DNA of 63,876 bases, the filler included, from Anaerolineae bacterium (GTDB lineage: Bacteria > Chloroflexota > Anaerolineae > Epilineales > Epilineaceae), in assembly GCA_029262755.1 (NCBI GenBank). It is 6 parts of 6 records of this genome, joined end to end, with 100 filler letters (N's around TTAATTAATTAA, not from the genome) between each part and the next. Parts side by side here need not be neighbours in the genome. Positions count along the whole stretch, not along the records: positions 34,367 to 57,915 come from JAJCYU010000191.1; 5 more parts are not named here. One strand, given 5' to 3'. Both the position numbers and the translations under genes were made by a program. Position 1 is the first letter of the stretch. Every line of letters begins with the position of its first letter. Under the pieces are notes generated by a model. That model was given only the letters and a program-made list of their open reading frames with translations. It was not told where the DNA came from and did no database searches. Of this stretch, positions 49,175 through 58,015 are shown piece by piece.

Positions 49175-51211
49175 CTAACCCGGGTTGTGGATGGCATCGT
49201 GCACAATACGAGAGCCTCCCGGCATGTACTCTGCCAGAATCAGGGCTGAGCCGAGAGACTCGATCACTAGACCATCGTGACCGATTTCAATGTCCGTCAG
49301 GCCCCACGGCAACTCCAGTTCCGGTCCCGTAGAAAGATCGGCGGTGGAGTCGAAGTCGTAAAGATAGCCAACACTCGCACCGGCCACCGCCATCCAATTG
49401 TCAAAGACGAGTAGACCAAGCGGCGTCGGATTCAACCCCTCCAACTGAAGCCGCGTTCTTAGGACAAGGGTCGAAGGAATCGAGGTATCGAACGATGCGA
49501 CGCCCATGTTGTAGTCAGAAGCGACCAGGCCGCCGGGAATCAAACTCAGATGCTCCTTGCCCAGCCCTGGATCGCCAGTTGTGAGATGCTGTGGCAGAGA
49601 CGGGTTGACGACGTCGAATACCTCGATACTTGGAGTTTCACCCGCAACTGCCACGTACAGCGTTGATCCGTCGAGAAGGACATCGGCCGTTGACTCTCGA
49701 GTGAGTACGCTAGAGGCGTAATACGGATTGGACGGATCGCTCACGTCAAAAAGCCAGACGCCTGCGCTCCTCGAGGCAACTGCCACCAGACTATCTGCAG
49801 CCGCGATGGCTACAGGGAACTTTGTGTAGTTTTCCGTAGGTCTTTGAACGTCTGTGATCCGCGCGGTTACTGAGACATTACTTGGGTCAGCCGCGTTGAC
49901 AACGAGAAAATCCTCAAGACCAGCACAGAACAGTGACGTCCCGGACCAGGCGCATTCTGCATAGGCTTCGGCGTCCAATACGGAATCCCGAAGCACGAGA
50001 GAGTGGGAGACGATCTCGTGAAACTGGACGCCGCGAAACCTGTCAAGGCCAGCGACAATCGTGCCAGATACTGAGACCGTCTCAATCCAGCTACGAGTCT
50101 CAGGCAATAGCCGGTTCGCGGTGAGCAGGCCACCTCCGTCATGTGTGATGGCTGATAACGCAATGCTGTCGCTGCACAGCGTTGCCCAGGATACGACGGC
50201 CAAACCATAGCCGCACTCAACGGTCGAATCCTGCCAGCGCAGGAACGGGGCGCCGGCACTGTCGAAGCCGACCCGCGCGAGCAATGGATCAACAGCGGAG
50301 GGCCATTCCGCCGCCAGCACGTCGCCGTCAGCGGCAACTACGACGGCTAGATCATTGGCCACCAGCGTGGAGCCAAGTACCCGAGGACTCCACGGCTGTA
50401 CAATGTCTACGGTAGTGAGCCCCTGTCCGTAGAGTACCAACTTACTGCCAACGGACAGCATTCCGACCACGGCTGTCATCACCTGCACCGTGGTAATGAC
50501 TGCAGGCGCCGTGATGCTGGAAATGTCAATCACACGCAACTCTCCGGAGTCGTGCGCAGCATACAGCGTATTGTCGACAATGGTGAGAGCGGATGCCGCC
50601 GTGTTACTGATAACGGCTTCCGATGTCAGTGCGCCGTCGATTGCAAGTGAGTACAACTCAATCTGCCTCCCGCCGTCTTCGTCTACCGCGCGAGCAATCG
50701 TGCCGTTGGAACCGACCATTGCGACGGTGCTTCCTGCGACCTCGAACGAAACTGGTTGGGAGAAGGCGCCGGTGGGTAGTACGAGCGCACTTCCTATCAC
50801 CGATGTTACGACTGTACCAAAGCCGACATCGCCATGGTACATCAATCTCTCACCAACAAAACCGTGAACGGCAGTAGTTGTGGAGATAGAGGCAAGGACA
50901 GACGCGAACTGCAGTCCATCGTCACTCGCGTCGTACGATACGACTTCACCACCGAGCGAGGCGACGACGATGTCGCCGGTGCTAGCGACGCGTTGCAGGG
51001 ATTTTGCGCCGCCCCACTCGTCGCGCCGTGCAGTCGTGGACAGTATCTCCAGGCGCGCCATACTTGGGTCCGTTAAGTGGCGAGAAACCCCGTTGTCTTG
51101 AGTGACGTCGAAGAGTCCATCAGTAGCGGTCAATAGCCCAACTGCGACTGCAAGCATCCCGGCTACAATGCCCGCGGCCTTCAGCAACTTCATCCAGGTG
51201 CGACTACGCAT
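49175..51211 (-). CDS. Secreted LVIVD-repeat protein (cargo between the two miniature elements)
   Basis: GGAGG RBS, signal peptide MRSRTWMKLLK..., LRVIDIS, VWLFDVSDPSNP, IEVFDVVNPSLP; visibly lower GC than flanking genes. Confidence 0.8.
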   Translation of the reverse strand: MRSRTWMKLLKAAGIVAGMLAVAVGLLTATDGLFDVTQDNGVSRHLTDPSMARLEILSTTARRDEWGGAKSLQRVASTGDIVVASLGGEVVSYDASDDGLQFASVLASISTTTAVHGFVGERLMYHGDVGFGTVVTSVIGSALVLPTGAFSQPVSFEVAGSTVAMVGSNGTIARAVDEDGGRQIELYSLAIDGALTSEAVISNTAASALTIVDNTLYAAHDSGELRVIDISSITAPAVITTVQVMTAVVGMLSVGSKLVLYGQGLTTVDIVQPWSPRVLGSTLVANDLAVVVAADGDVLAAEWPSAVDPLLARVGFDSAGAPFLRWQDSTVECGYGLAVVSWATLCSDSIALSAITHDGGGLLTANRLLPETRSWIETVSVSGTIVAGLDRFRGVQFHEIVSHSLVLRDSVLDAEAYAECAWSGTSLFCAGLEDFLVVNAADPSNVSVTARITDVQRPTENYTKFPVAIAAADSLVAVASRSAGVWLFDVSDPSNPYYASSVLTRESTADVLLDGSTLYVAVAGETPSIEVFDVVNPSLPQHLTTGDPGLGKEHLSLIPGGLVASDYNMGVASFDTSIPSTLVLRTRLQLEGLNPTPLGLLVFDNWMAVAGASVGYLYDFDSTADLSTGPELELPWGLTDIEIGHDGLVIESLGSALILAEYMPGGSRIVHDAIHNPG

Positions 51212-51397
51212 GTTTCGCCTCCATTTTTCTGTCGTGATCAGCTGATTGCGACCGCGCCGACCGACGGGTGTCAGAATTGCTTTAGCGCGAGCGCGTTGCT
51301 GCAGTGCCAGTTGACATGCTTCATGTTGAGCGTCTTGCGTGACGACTCTCCGAGAATCCACACTTCAGTGTCTGTGCAGCAGATATCGGCGTAGTAC

Positions 51398-51598
51398 GGG
51401 GTCGCGGATCTAACGGAACGACGGTGATCCATGGCTCGAAGGACTCCGGATAAGTCCGCGCGATCTACCAGTCGCGATGATTCAGCTACTCTCGCTCGAT
51501 GGTTGCCCGGGGCTTCGACTATCGCCGCAGACTTTCGCACCAGCGCGCGGCGTTCGGCTCACCGTGCGCACGTTTCGTCGCGAAAGATTCGCGACCCC
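51398..51598. mobile_element. Miniature inverted-repeat element, copy 2 (201 bp)
   Basis: Ends GGGGTCGCGGATCTAACGGAACGA ... TCGTCGCGAAAGATTCGCGACCCC; about 22 mismatches to copy 1 by hand count. Confidence 0.8.
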
Positions 51599-51718
51599 TA
51601 ACATATCCCGTTCTAAGGACCATTCAATGCCGGTGATTCGTGCGACAACTGGGGCCAACATGACGAACGCGACGAACGCGACGAAACGCGCGGCGAACGT
51701 GCTGGACGACGCGACACG

Positions 51719-52675
51719 ATGAGCATGCGACGAGGGGATCGCCGCGTGCTGCGGGCCGTCGTGCCGGCGGCGCTGCTCGTGCTCGCGGTGACGGCGGCGC
51801 GCCCGCGCGATCTGCGCGGCATGCCGGTGCCCGCGTTTTGGGCGCACAAGCTCCTGTCCGGGCCCACACACGACATCGTGCTGCTGGGCGATTCGCGAAC
51901 CTACCGCGGGCTCTCGCCGGAGGTCATGGCGGCCGAGATCGAGTCCTCCGCACCGGGCTTGCGGATCTTCAACTTCGGCTTCAGTAGCGTCGGCTTGACG
52001 CAGGACTACGCCGCGGCCGGTGCGGCGCGCCTCGATCCCGCCTCGCCTCGCGCGACGCTCGTGCTCGGCGTGACGCCACTCTCGTTGACTCCGCGCGCCG
52101 CCGTGGACAACGGTTTCATCGACCGCTCCGCGCGGTCACGACGCGCGCTCTGGCTGGACCGGTGGCTGGGGATCGTCCCGCATGTCCTGGCGCCCCTACC
52201 GCCGCGCGCCTGGCCGACGTTGCTGCCGCAAGGCCGGCGCGACCGCGTGCGCTATGTCCAGGACTTTCACGCGGACGGGTGGGTCGCTTCCGACAAGATC
52301 CCCGCGCGCGCCGACGAGGCGGTGGAGCGCTACCGCAGTGCGCTCGGCGGCGAGCGCGTGTCCCCGGCCATCGTCGCGGACCTCGTCGCCCAGGTCGCCG
52401 CCTGGCAAGAGCGGGGCATCACCGTGTTCGCGCTGCGTCCGCCGACTTCGGCCGCGATGCGCGCCGCCGAGGCGGAGATCACGGGCTTCGACGAGCAGGC
52501 GCTGCGCGCGGGAATCGAAGCTGCGGGTGGGCATTGGATCGCGATCGATCCCGAAGCCTACGCGTCGTACGACGGCAGCCACATCGGCTCCGCCGCGGCG
52601 CGTGCGTTGAGCGCGGACGTCGCTCGCGCGATCGTCCAAGTCGGGTGGGGCGGGGACGGAGACGGCGAGGGTTGA
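51719..52675 (+). CDS. SGNH/GDSL-like periplasmic O-acyltransferase partner (AlgJ/PatB/DltD-like)
   Basis: N-terminal TM; LLGDSR, FNFG, DGSH motifs; same strand as the MBOAT gene. Confidence 0.75.
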   Translation: MSMRRGDRRVLRAVVPAALLVLAVTAARPRDLRGMPVPAFWAHKLLSGPTHDIVLLGDSRTYRGLSPEVMAAEIESSAPGLRIFNFGFSSVGLTQDYAAAGAARLDPASPRATLVLGVTPLSLTPRAAVDNGFIDRSARSRRALWLDRWLGIVPHVLAPLPPRAWPTLLPQGRRDRVRYVQDFHADGWVASDKIPARADEAVERYRSALGGERVSPAIVADLVAQVAAWQERGITVFALRPPTSAAMRAAEAEITGFDEQALRAGIEAAGGHWIAIDPEAYASYDGSHIGSAAARALSADVARAIVQVGWGGDGDGEG

Positions 52676-52751
52676 GGCCGTCGAACGTGACGAAGAGCAG
52701 AAGGTCGATGGGGACGGGAAAGACGGTAGCAGTGAGGGTTGACCCGCTCCA

Positions 52752-54332
52752 CTACGACGTCGTCGCCGACCCCGCTTCGTCCTGACCCACGCCCACCTGG
52801 CGCACGCGCCAACCTGCCTGCTCGGCGGCGGCGACGTCCACGACGCGGCGGCCGTCTACGAGCACCGGCGTGCGCACGTGTTCGCGTAGCTCGCCCCAAT
52901 CGAGGCTCCGGTACGCGGTGTGCGCGACCATCACGACCACGGCGTCCGCGTCCGCGACCTGTTCGGCGAGGGCCGGCTCGCGGTAGCGCTCGACCCAGGG
53001 ATCGTGGATGCGCACGGTCGCCACGTGACCCGTGAGGAGTGCGGCCAACGCGGCGCTCGGCGCGTTGCGCTCGTCGTCGCTGTCCTCGAGGTAGCTTGCG
53101 CCGAGCAACAGCACGGTGGACTCGTGCGGCGCGCGTCCTTCCGCCCTCAGCGCGTCTTGCACCAAGCGGGCGATGTGCGCGGGCATGTGGTCGTTCACGG
53201 CGCGTGCCGCGGGGATCAGGCGCGGCGTGAAGTGCTCGTGCTCGGCCGCGTTGGCCACGAGCAGCCACGGGTCCTTCGGGATGCAGTGGCCGCCCACGCC
53301 GGCGCCCGGCAGGAGCATGTTCCGGCCGGGGCTCTTGTTGAGCAGGTCACGCACACGCCAGACATCGGCGCCGAGCGCATCGCACAGCAGCGCCATCTCG
53401 TTGGCGAACGCGATCTGCACGTCGCGGTAAGCGTTCTCGCCGGTCTTGACCAGCTCTGCGGTGAGCGCGTCCGTGGCGCCCAGATCAGCCTCGACGATGC
53501 GGCGGTATAGCGCGAGCGCCACCTGGGCAGCCGCCGGCGTAACGCCGCCCACGGCGCGGCTCATCGAGCGCAGGTTGGCGAGCAGCCGGCCGGGCATCAC
53601 GCGTTCGGGGCAATGGACCACGAAGAGATCGCCGCCTATTGAGTCGGCCCCTGAAGGGTCGGCTCCCGCTGGGTCAGCCCCGGATGGGTCAGCTTCCGAT
53701 CGGTCGGACCCCGGGCCGCGGACCCCGACCGTGAGACCGGAGGCCTCCTCCAAGGTCGGGACCACGATGTCGCGCATCGTGCCGGGTGCGAGCGTCGACT
53801 CGACGATGACCAAGGCGCCGCGGTGCAGCCGGGGCCCGAGGGCGGCGAGCGCGCCGCGCAGCGCCGCGTAGCGCGGGCGGTGGTCGCCGGCCTCCACCGG
53901 TGTCTCGACGGCCAGGAGTACGGCGTCCGTGCCGGCCAGATCGTCGTAGTTGCTCGTGGCGCGCAGGCGTCCGGCCGCGACCTCCGCGGCGATCAGCTCC
54001 GCCAAGCCGGGCTCCTCGCCCGCGAAGGGAACGCGCCCCGCGTTGACGGCCGCGACCTTGGCGGGATCGATATCCACGCCGAGCACGTCGAGCCCCGACG
54101 CGGCGAAGAGCGCCGCCACGGGCGTGCCGACAAAGCCGAGGCCGATGACGGCCAGACGCGCGTTGCCGGCCTGCAATCGCTGCCGCAGCGTCTCGGCGAC
54201 GTGCGGGAGGGGCGGCGCGTTTTCCGTACCGGAGGATGGCGGCGGGGAAAACGTGGGGGACGGGGTCGGGGGCTGTGACGACGAGGCGGAGGACGTCGAC
54301 GCCTCCGCGGACGTGGAGGAAGGCCCGGTCAC
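52752..54332 (-). CDS. UDP-N-acetylhexosamine 6-dehydrogenase (WbpA/WecC-like)
   Basis: VIGLGFVG, VESTLAPG, HCPERVMPG, KTGENAYRDVQIAFANE, GVGGHCIPKDP; GTGA coupling at the start. Confidence 0.92.
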   Translation of the reverse strand: MTGPSSTSAEASTSSASSSQPPTPSPTFSPPPSSGTENAPPLPHVAETLRQRLQAGNARLAVIGLGFVGTPVAALFAASGLDVLGVDIDPAKVAAVNAGRVPFAGEEPGLAELIAAEVAAGRLRATSNYDDLAGTDAVLLAVETPVEAGDHRPRYAALRGALAALGPRLHRGALVIVESTLAPGTMRDIVVPTLEEASGLTVGVRGPGSDRSEADPSGADPAGADPSGADSIGGDLFVVHCPERVMPGRLLANLRSMSRAVGGVTPAAAQVALALYRRIVEADLGATDALTAELVKTGENAYRDVQIAFANEMALLCDALGADVWRVRDLLNKSPGRNMLLPGAGVGGHCIPKDPWLLVANAAEHEHFTPRLIPAARAVNDHMPAHIARLVQDALRAEGRAPHESTVLLLGASYLEDSDDERNAPSAALAALLTGHVATVRIHDPWVERYREPALAEQVADADAVVVMVAHTAYRSLDWGELREHVRTPVLVDGRRVVDVAAAEQAGWRVRQVGVGQDEAGSATTS

Positions 54333-55531
54333 GACGGCTCCTCGACCTTGGCGGGCCCGGAAGCTTCGGTCGCAGCGGGCGACGCGGAGGTCGCGGAAGA
54401 CCCTGCAGCAGCGGTCGCAGCGGAAGACACGCCCGACGATGAAGCGGCAGCCGCAACGGGCGTCGCGCCCCCGTCGAGGTCGGAATCCGCCGCGACCGTT
54501 GCGCCACGATCCGGCGCCGTGCCGAAGAGGCCGTCCTCGGGGCGGATGATCGTGCCCTCGCGGCCTGCGCGGACCACGGCCAGCGCGAGGGCGAGCGCGG
54601 CGAGGCCGTCCTCGCCGCGCACCACGGGCGGCGTGCCGTCGCGCACGGCAGTGGCGAAGGCGTCGAGTTCCGCGGCCAGCGGCTCGCGGCGCGCGATGGC
54701 CAGGCGGGTCATGTTGCCCTCGCCGACGCCCTGCAGCTCGCCGTAGCGTTCCCAATGACTGTCGGCCGCCACGTTCTCGTAGAAGGTGAGCTCCTGCGAC
54801 AGGTAATTGGCCACGAACATGCCGCGCTCGCCGGTGACCGAAAGCTCGCGCACCTTGGTGGGGGTGAGCCAGTTGATGTCGAGGATGCCCAGCTCGCCGG
54901 TCTCGAAGCGCAGCAGGCCCGCCACCATGTCTTCGTGATCGGTGTGGATGCGCTGCGCGGTCTCGGCGTGGATGCGCTCGACGGGCGAGCCGACCAGCCA
55001 GCGCATGATGTCCAGATCGTGCGACGCCAGATCGACCACGACGCCCACGTCCCGTACGCGTGCGGGAAAGGGGCCCGTGCGTCGGGCGCGGATCACGAAG
55101 ATCCGCCCGAGCGCGCCGGCGTCCAGCCGCTCCTTCAACGCGCGCACCGCCGGATTGAAGCGCTCGATGTGGCCCACGGTGAGCACCACGCCCGCCGCGC
55201 GCGCACGCTCGATCAACGCCCGTCCCTCGTCGGCCGTCGCGGCGATCGGCTTCTCGACGAGCACGCCGGCGCCGGCATCGATCGCGTCGCCCGCAACGCG
55301 CAAATGCAGCTTCGTCGGAACGACCACCGACACCAGATCGGGCCGCACCGTCTCGAGCATCTCGACGTGATCGGCAAAGGTGGGCACGCCGTAGCGCCCG
55401 CCCACAAACGCCGCGTTTTCTTCGCTCGGATCAGCCACGCCGACCAGATCGACGCCGTCGAGCTCCCGGTACACGCGGGCATGATGGCGCCCCATCGCAC
55501 CCACGCCGATGACGGCTGCTCGCAAGGTCAT
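54329..55531 (-). CDS. Gfo/Idh/MocA oxidoreductase (WbpB/WlbA-like 3-dehydrogenase)
   Basis: VIGVGAMGRHHAR, VEKPIA, VGHIERFNPA, DVGVVVDLASHDLD. Confidence 0.9.
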   Translation of the reverse strand: MTLRAAVIGVGAMGRHHARVYRELDGVDLVGVADPSEENAAFVGGRYGVPTFADHVEMLETVRPDLVSVVVPTKLHLRVAGDAIDAGAGVLVEKPIAATADEGRALIERARAAGVVLTVGHIERFNPAVRALKERLDAGALGRIFVIRARRTGPFPARVRDVGVVVDLASHDLDIMRWLVGSPVERIHAETAQRIHTDHEDMVAGLLRFETGELGILDINWLTPTKVRELSVTGERGMFVANYLSQELTFYENVAADSHWERYGELQGVGEGNMTRLAIARREPLAAELDAFATAVRDGTPPVVRGEDGLAALALALAVVRAGREGTIIRPEDGLFGTAPDRGATVAADSDLDGGATPVAAAASSSGVSSAATAAAGSSATSASPAATEASGPAKVEEPS

Positions 55532-56241
55532 GATCCGTTCTCCTGGTGCGCGCTAGGTTGGGGGCGCGCGTCGTGCGAATCGTGTCGGTCATCGGTAGCT
55601 CGAGCATCGTTGGGGTCGATCGCGACGAGGCCGTGGCCGGCCAGCGCATACGCGCGCCCGCAGACCGCGCAGTTCCAGCGCGCCGCGCCCGCCTCATCCG
55701 CCTCGCCGGCCTCGCGCAGCCGCTCACCGCAGGCACACACCCAGCCCACGGCGCGCGCCGGCACGCCCACCACGAGCGCGTGATCGGCGACATCGGCCGT
55801 CACTACAGCGCCAGCGGCGACCATCGCGAAGCGTCCGATGGTCACGTCTGTCACGATGGTCGCGCCGGCGCCGATCGATGCGCCGCGGCGGATCAGCGTT
55901 CGGCCTACGACCCAGTCGTCGGCGGACTTGAGCGAGCCGTCTGCGTTGATCGCGCGGGGGACGCGGTCGTTGGTCAGGATCACGCCCGGCCCGATGAACA
56001 CGCCGTCCTCGAGTTGCGCGCCGTGGAACAGCTGGGCGCCGTTTTGAACCTTGCACTGGTCGCCCAGGACGACATCGGAGTCCACGTAGACATCCTTGCC
56101 CACGATGCAGCCGCGGCCCATGCGCACGCCCTCGCGGACCTGGCTGTGATGCCACACCTGGCTGCCCTCGCCGAGCTCTGCGTCGGGATGGACGATCGCG
56201 GTGTCGGCGATGCGCACGCCGGGGCGATTCGCGCCGGTCAC
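55528..56241 (-). CDS. Hexapeptide-repeat N-acetyltransferase (WbpD/WlbB-like)
   Basis: VWHHSQVREG, KVQNG, FIGPGVILTND..PR, GASIGAGAT, GVPARAVGWVCACG with C-terminal Cys ribbon. Confidence 0.92.
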   Translation of the reverse strand: MTGANRPGVRIADTAIVHPDAELGEGSQVWHHSQVREGVRMGRGCIVGKDVYVDSDVVLGDQCKVQNGAQLFHGAQLEDGVFIGPGVILTNDRVPRAINADGSLKSADDWVVGRTLIRRGASIGAGATIVTDVTIGRFAMVAAGAVVTADVADHALVVGVPARAVGWVCACGERLREAGEADEAGAARWNCAVCGRAYALAGHGLVAIDPNDARATDDRHDSHDARPQPSAHQENGS

Positions 56242-57359
56242 GCGCCGACGGCCAACGCCGCCGCGAAGGCATCGACGACCTCGTCGATCTCGGCCTCCGT
56301 GATACCTGCGAAGAGGGGCGGGTTGAGCACGCCGCGCGCGAGGAGGTCCGCCTGCTCGCCGCCGATGCGGCCGATGAGGAAGGGCGGCGCGGCCGCCTGA
56401 CGGCTCATCGCGCCGGGGTAGACCACGCCGAAGCCGATCTCCCGCTCGCGCAGCACCGCCTCGACGGCGGGACGGTCCTCGGGCTCGTGCAGCGTGACCG
56501 CGAGGTAGGCGTTCTCGACATAGCCTTCCGGCGGCGCGACCGTCCGGACGCCGAGCGGCGCGAGGCGCGCGCGGTATGCGGCGGCGGCGGCGCGGCGGGA
56601 CCCGAGGCGGGCGTCGAGATAGTCCATGCTGAGATCGAGCCAGGCCGCTTCGTGGCCGCCCAGCCGGCTGTTCCATCCGATGAGGCCGTGCTCGTAGTGG
56701 TCGGTGCGGCCGTGGTTGCCCAGGCGACGGATGCGTAGCGCCAACGCGTCGTCGTTGCACAACACCGCGCCCGCGTCGCCGCAGGCGCCGAGGACCTTCG
56801 CCGGGTAGAACGAGACGGTGGACACGTGCGCGCCGGCGTAGATCGAGCGCCCGTTCCAGGTCGTTCCCCACGTCTGCGCGCCGTCTTCGATCAGCGGCAG
56901 CTCGCGCTCGGCGCACAAGGCGCGAAACTCCTCCAAGCGAGCGGAACCCCAGCCGTAGAGGTGAACGAGGATCGCCGCCGCCGGCTCGTAGCGGTCCACA
57001 GCGTCGCGGAAGGCCGCCAAGTCCATCTGCAGATCGTCGGGGTCGATGTCGACCGTCACCACCTTCGCGCCGACGTTGACCACCGCCTCGAAGGTGGCCC
57101 AGAAGGTCGCGTCGGGGATGATCACGACATCGCCCTCCCCCACGCCGAGTGCACGCAGGGCGAGCTGGATCGCGTCCGTGCCGTTCGCGCACCCGATCGC
57201 ATGCGCCGTCCCGCCGTCCGCCGCGAGGCGCGCCTCGAAGCCCGCGACGTCCGGCCCGCCGACGAAGCGCGTGTTGGCCGCGATGTCGGCGCAGCGCCCG
57301 GCCCAACGATCGAGGAAGTCCTCCTCGAAGCGACGAAGATCGATAAACGGCACGGCCAT
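56238..57359 (-). CDS. DegT/DnrJ/EryC1/StrS aminotransferase (WbpE/WlbC-like)
   Basis: VPFIDL, CANGTDAI, VHLYG, IEDGAQ, SFYPAKVLGACGDAG (PLP Lys), GWNSRL. Confidence 0.92.
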   Translation of the reverse strand: MAVPFIDLRRFEEDFLDRWAGRCADIAANTRFVGGPDVAGFEARLAADGGTAHAIGCANGTDAIQLALRALGVGEGDVVIIPDATFWATFEAVVNVGAKVVTVDIDPDDLQMDLAAFRDAVDRYEPAAAILVHLYGWGSARLEEFRALCAERELPLIEDGAQTWGTTWNGRSIYAGAHVSTVSFYPAKVLGACGDAGAVLCNDDALALRIRRLGNHGRTDHYEHGLIGWNSRLGGHEAAWLDLSMDYLDARLGSRRAAAAAYRARLAPLGVRTVAPPEGYVENAYLAVTLHEPEDRPAVEAVLREREIGFGVVYPGAMSRQAAAPPFLIGRIGGEQADLLARGVLNPPLFAGITEAEIDEVVDAFAAALAVGA

Positions 57360-57573
57360 GATGGGCTCCGGGTTCCGGGACAGGGTAGGTCCGCGTTGCG
57401 GCATGCTGCGTTGCGTGCGATCGCCAGTCGTGGATCGTGCCTGCGTGCGTTCGTATCGCGTTCGTCAGCGCAGATTGGAAGGACGGCGATTATAGACGAG
57501 GCAAAAGGGAGGCTTGGGTCTCATATAGGGCAATCGATCGCAGAACGGCGCCATGGTGAATGCCGTGGCCATC

Positions 57574-57915
57574 CTACAGCAGCGCGGAACCCTCCAGCCG
57601 GAGCAACCAGGCCTTCGTCTCTACGCCACCGGGCCCGCTATAGCCGCCCATACCGCCGTCCGCCGCCACGACACGGTGGCAGGGCAGCACGAGCGGCATC
57701 GGGTTCGCCGCGCTAGCGGCGCCGACGGCGCGCGCGCCGCCCGGTCGCTCGAGTTCGTTCGCCAACTGGCCGTAAGTGCGGGTCCCGCCGGGCGGGATGG
57801 CGGCGACCCGGCGCAGTACGTCGGCCTGGAACGGTTCGAGCACCGACCAGTCGATAGGAACGTCGACCTGTGCGATCTCGCCTTCAAGGTAGGCACACAG
57901 CTGGCGAGCGGCATC
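57574..57915 (-). CDS. ogt: Methylated-DNA--protein-cysteine methyltransferase (5'-truncated)
   Basis: IPPGGTRTYG, ARAVG, NPMPLVLPCHRVV. Confidence 0.92.
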   Translation of the reverse strand, partial: DAARQLCAYLEGEIAQVDVPIDWSVLEPFQADVLRRVAAIPPGGTRTYGQLANELERPGGARAVGAASAANPMPLVLPCHRVVAADGGMGGYSGPGGVETKAWLLRLEGSALL

Positions 57916-58015
57916 NNNNNNNNNNNNNNNNNNNNNNNNNNNNNNNNNNNNNNNNNNNNTTAATTAATTAANNNNNNNNNNNNNNNNNNNNNNNNNNNNN
58001 NNNNNNNNNNNNNNN
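57916..58015. other. Artificial contig linker
   Basis: Same 100-bp spacer. Confidence 0.98.

Noticed and set aside
51271..51540. 89-aa ORF overlapping MITE copy 2 as a possible transposase fragment
   Set aside because: No DDE or HTH motif recognisable, and the frame is interrupted by a stop in copy 1.
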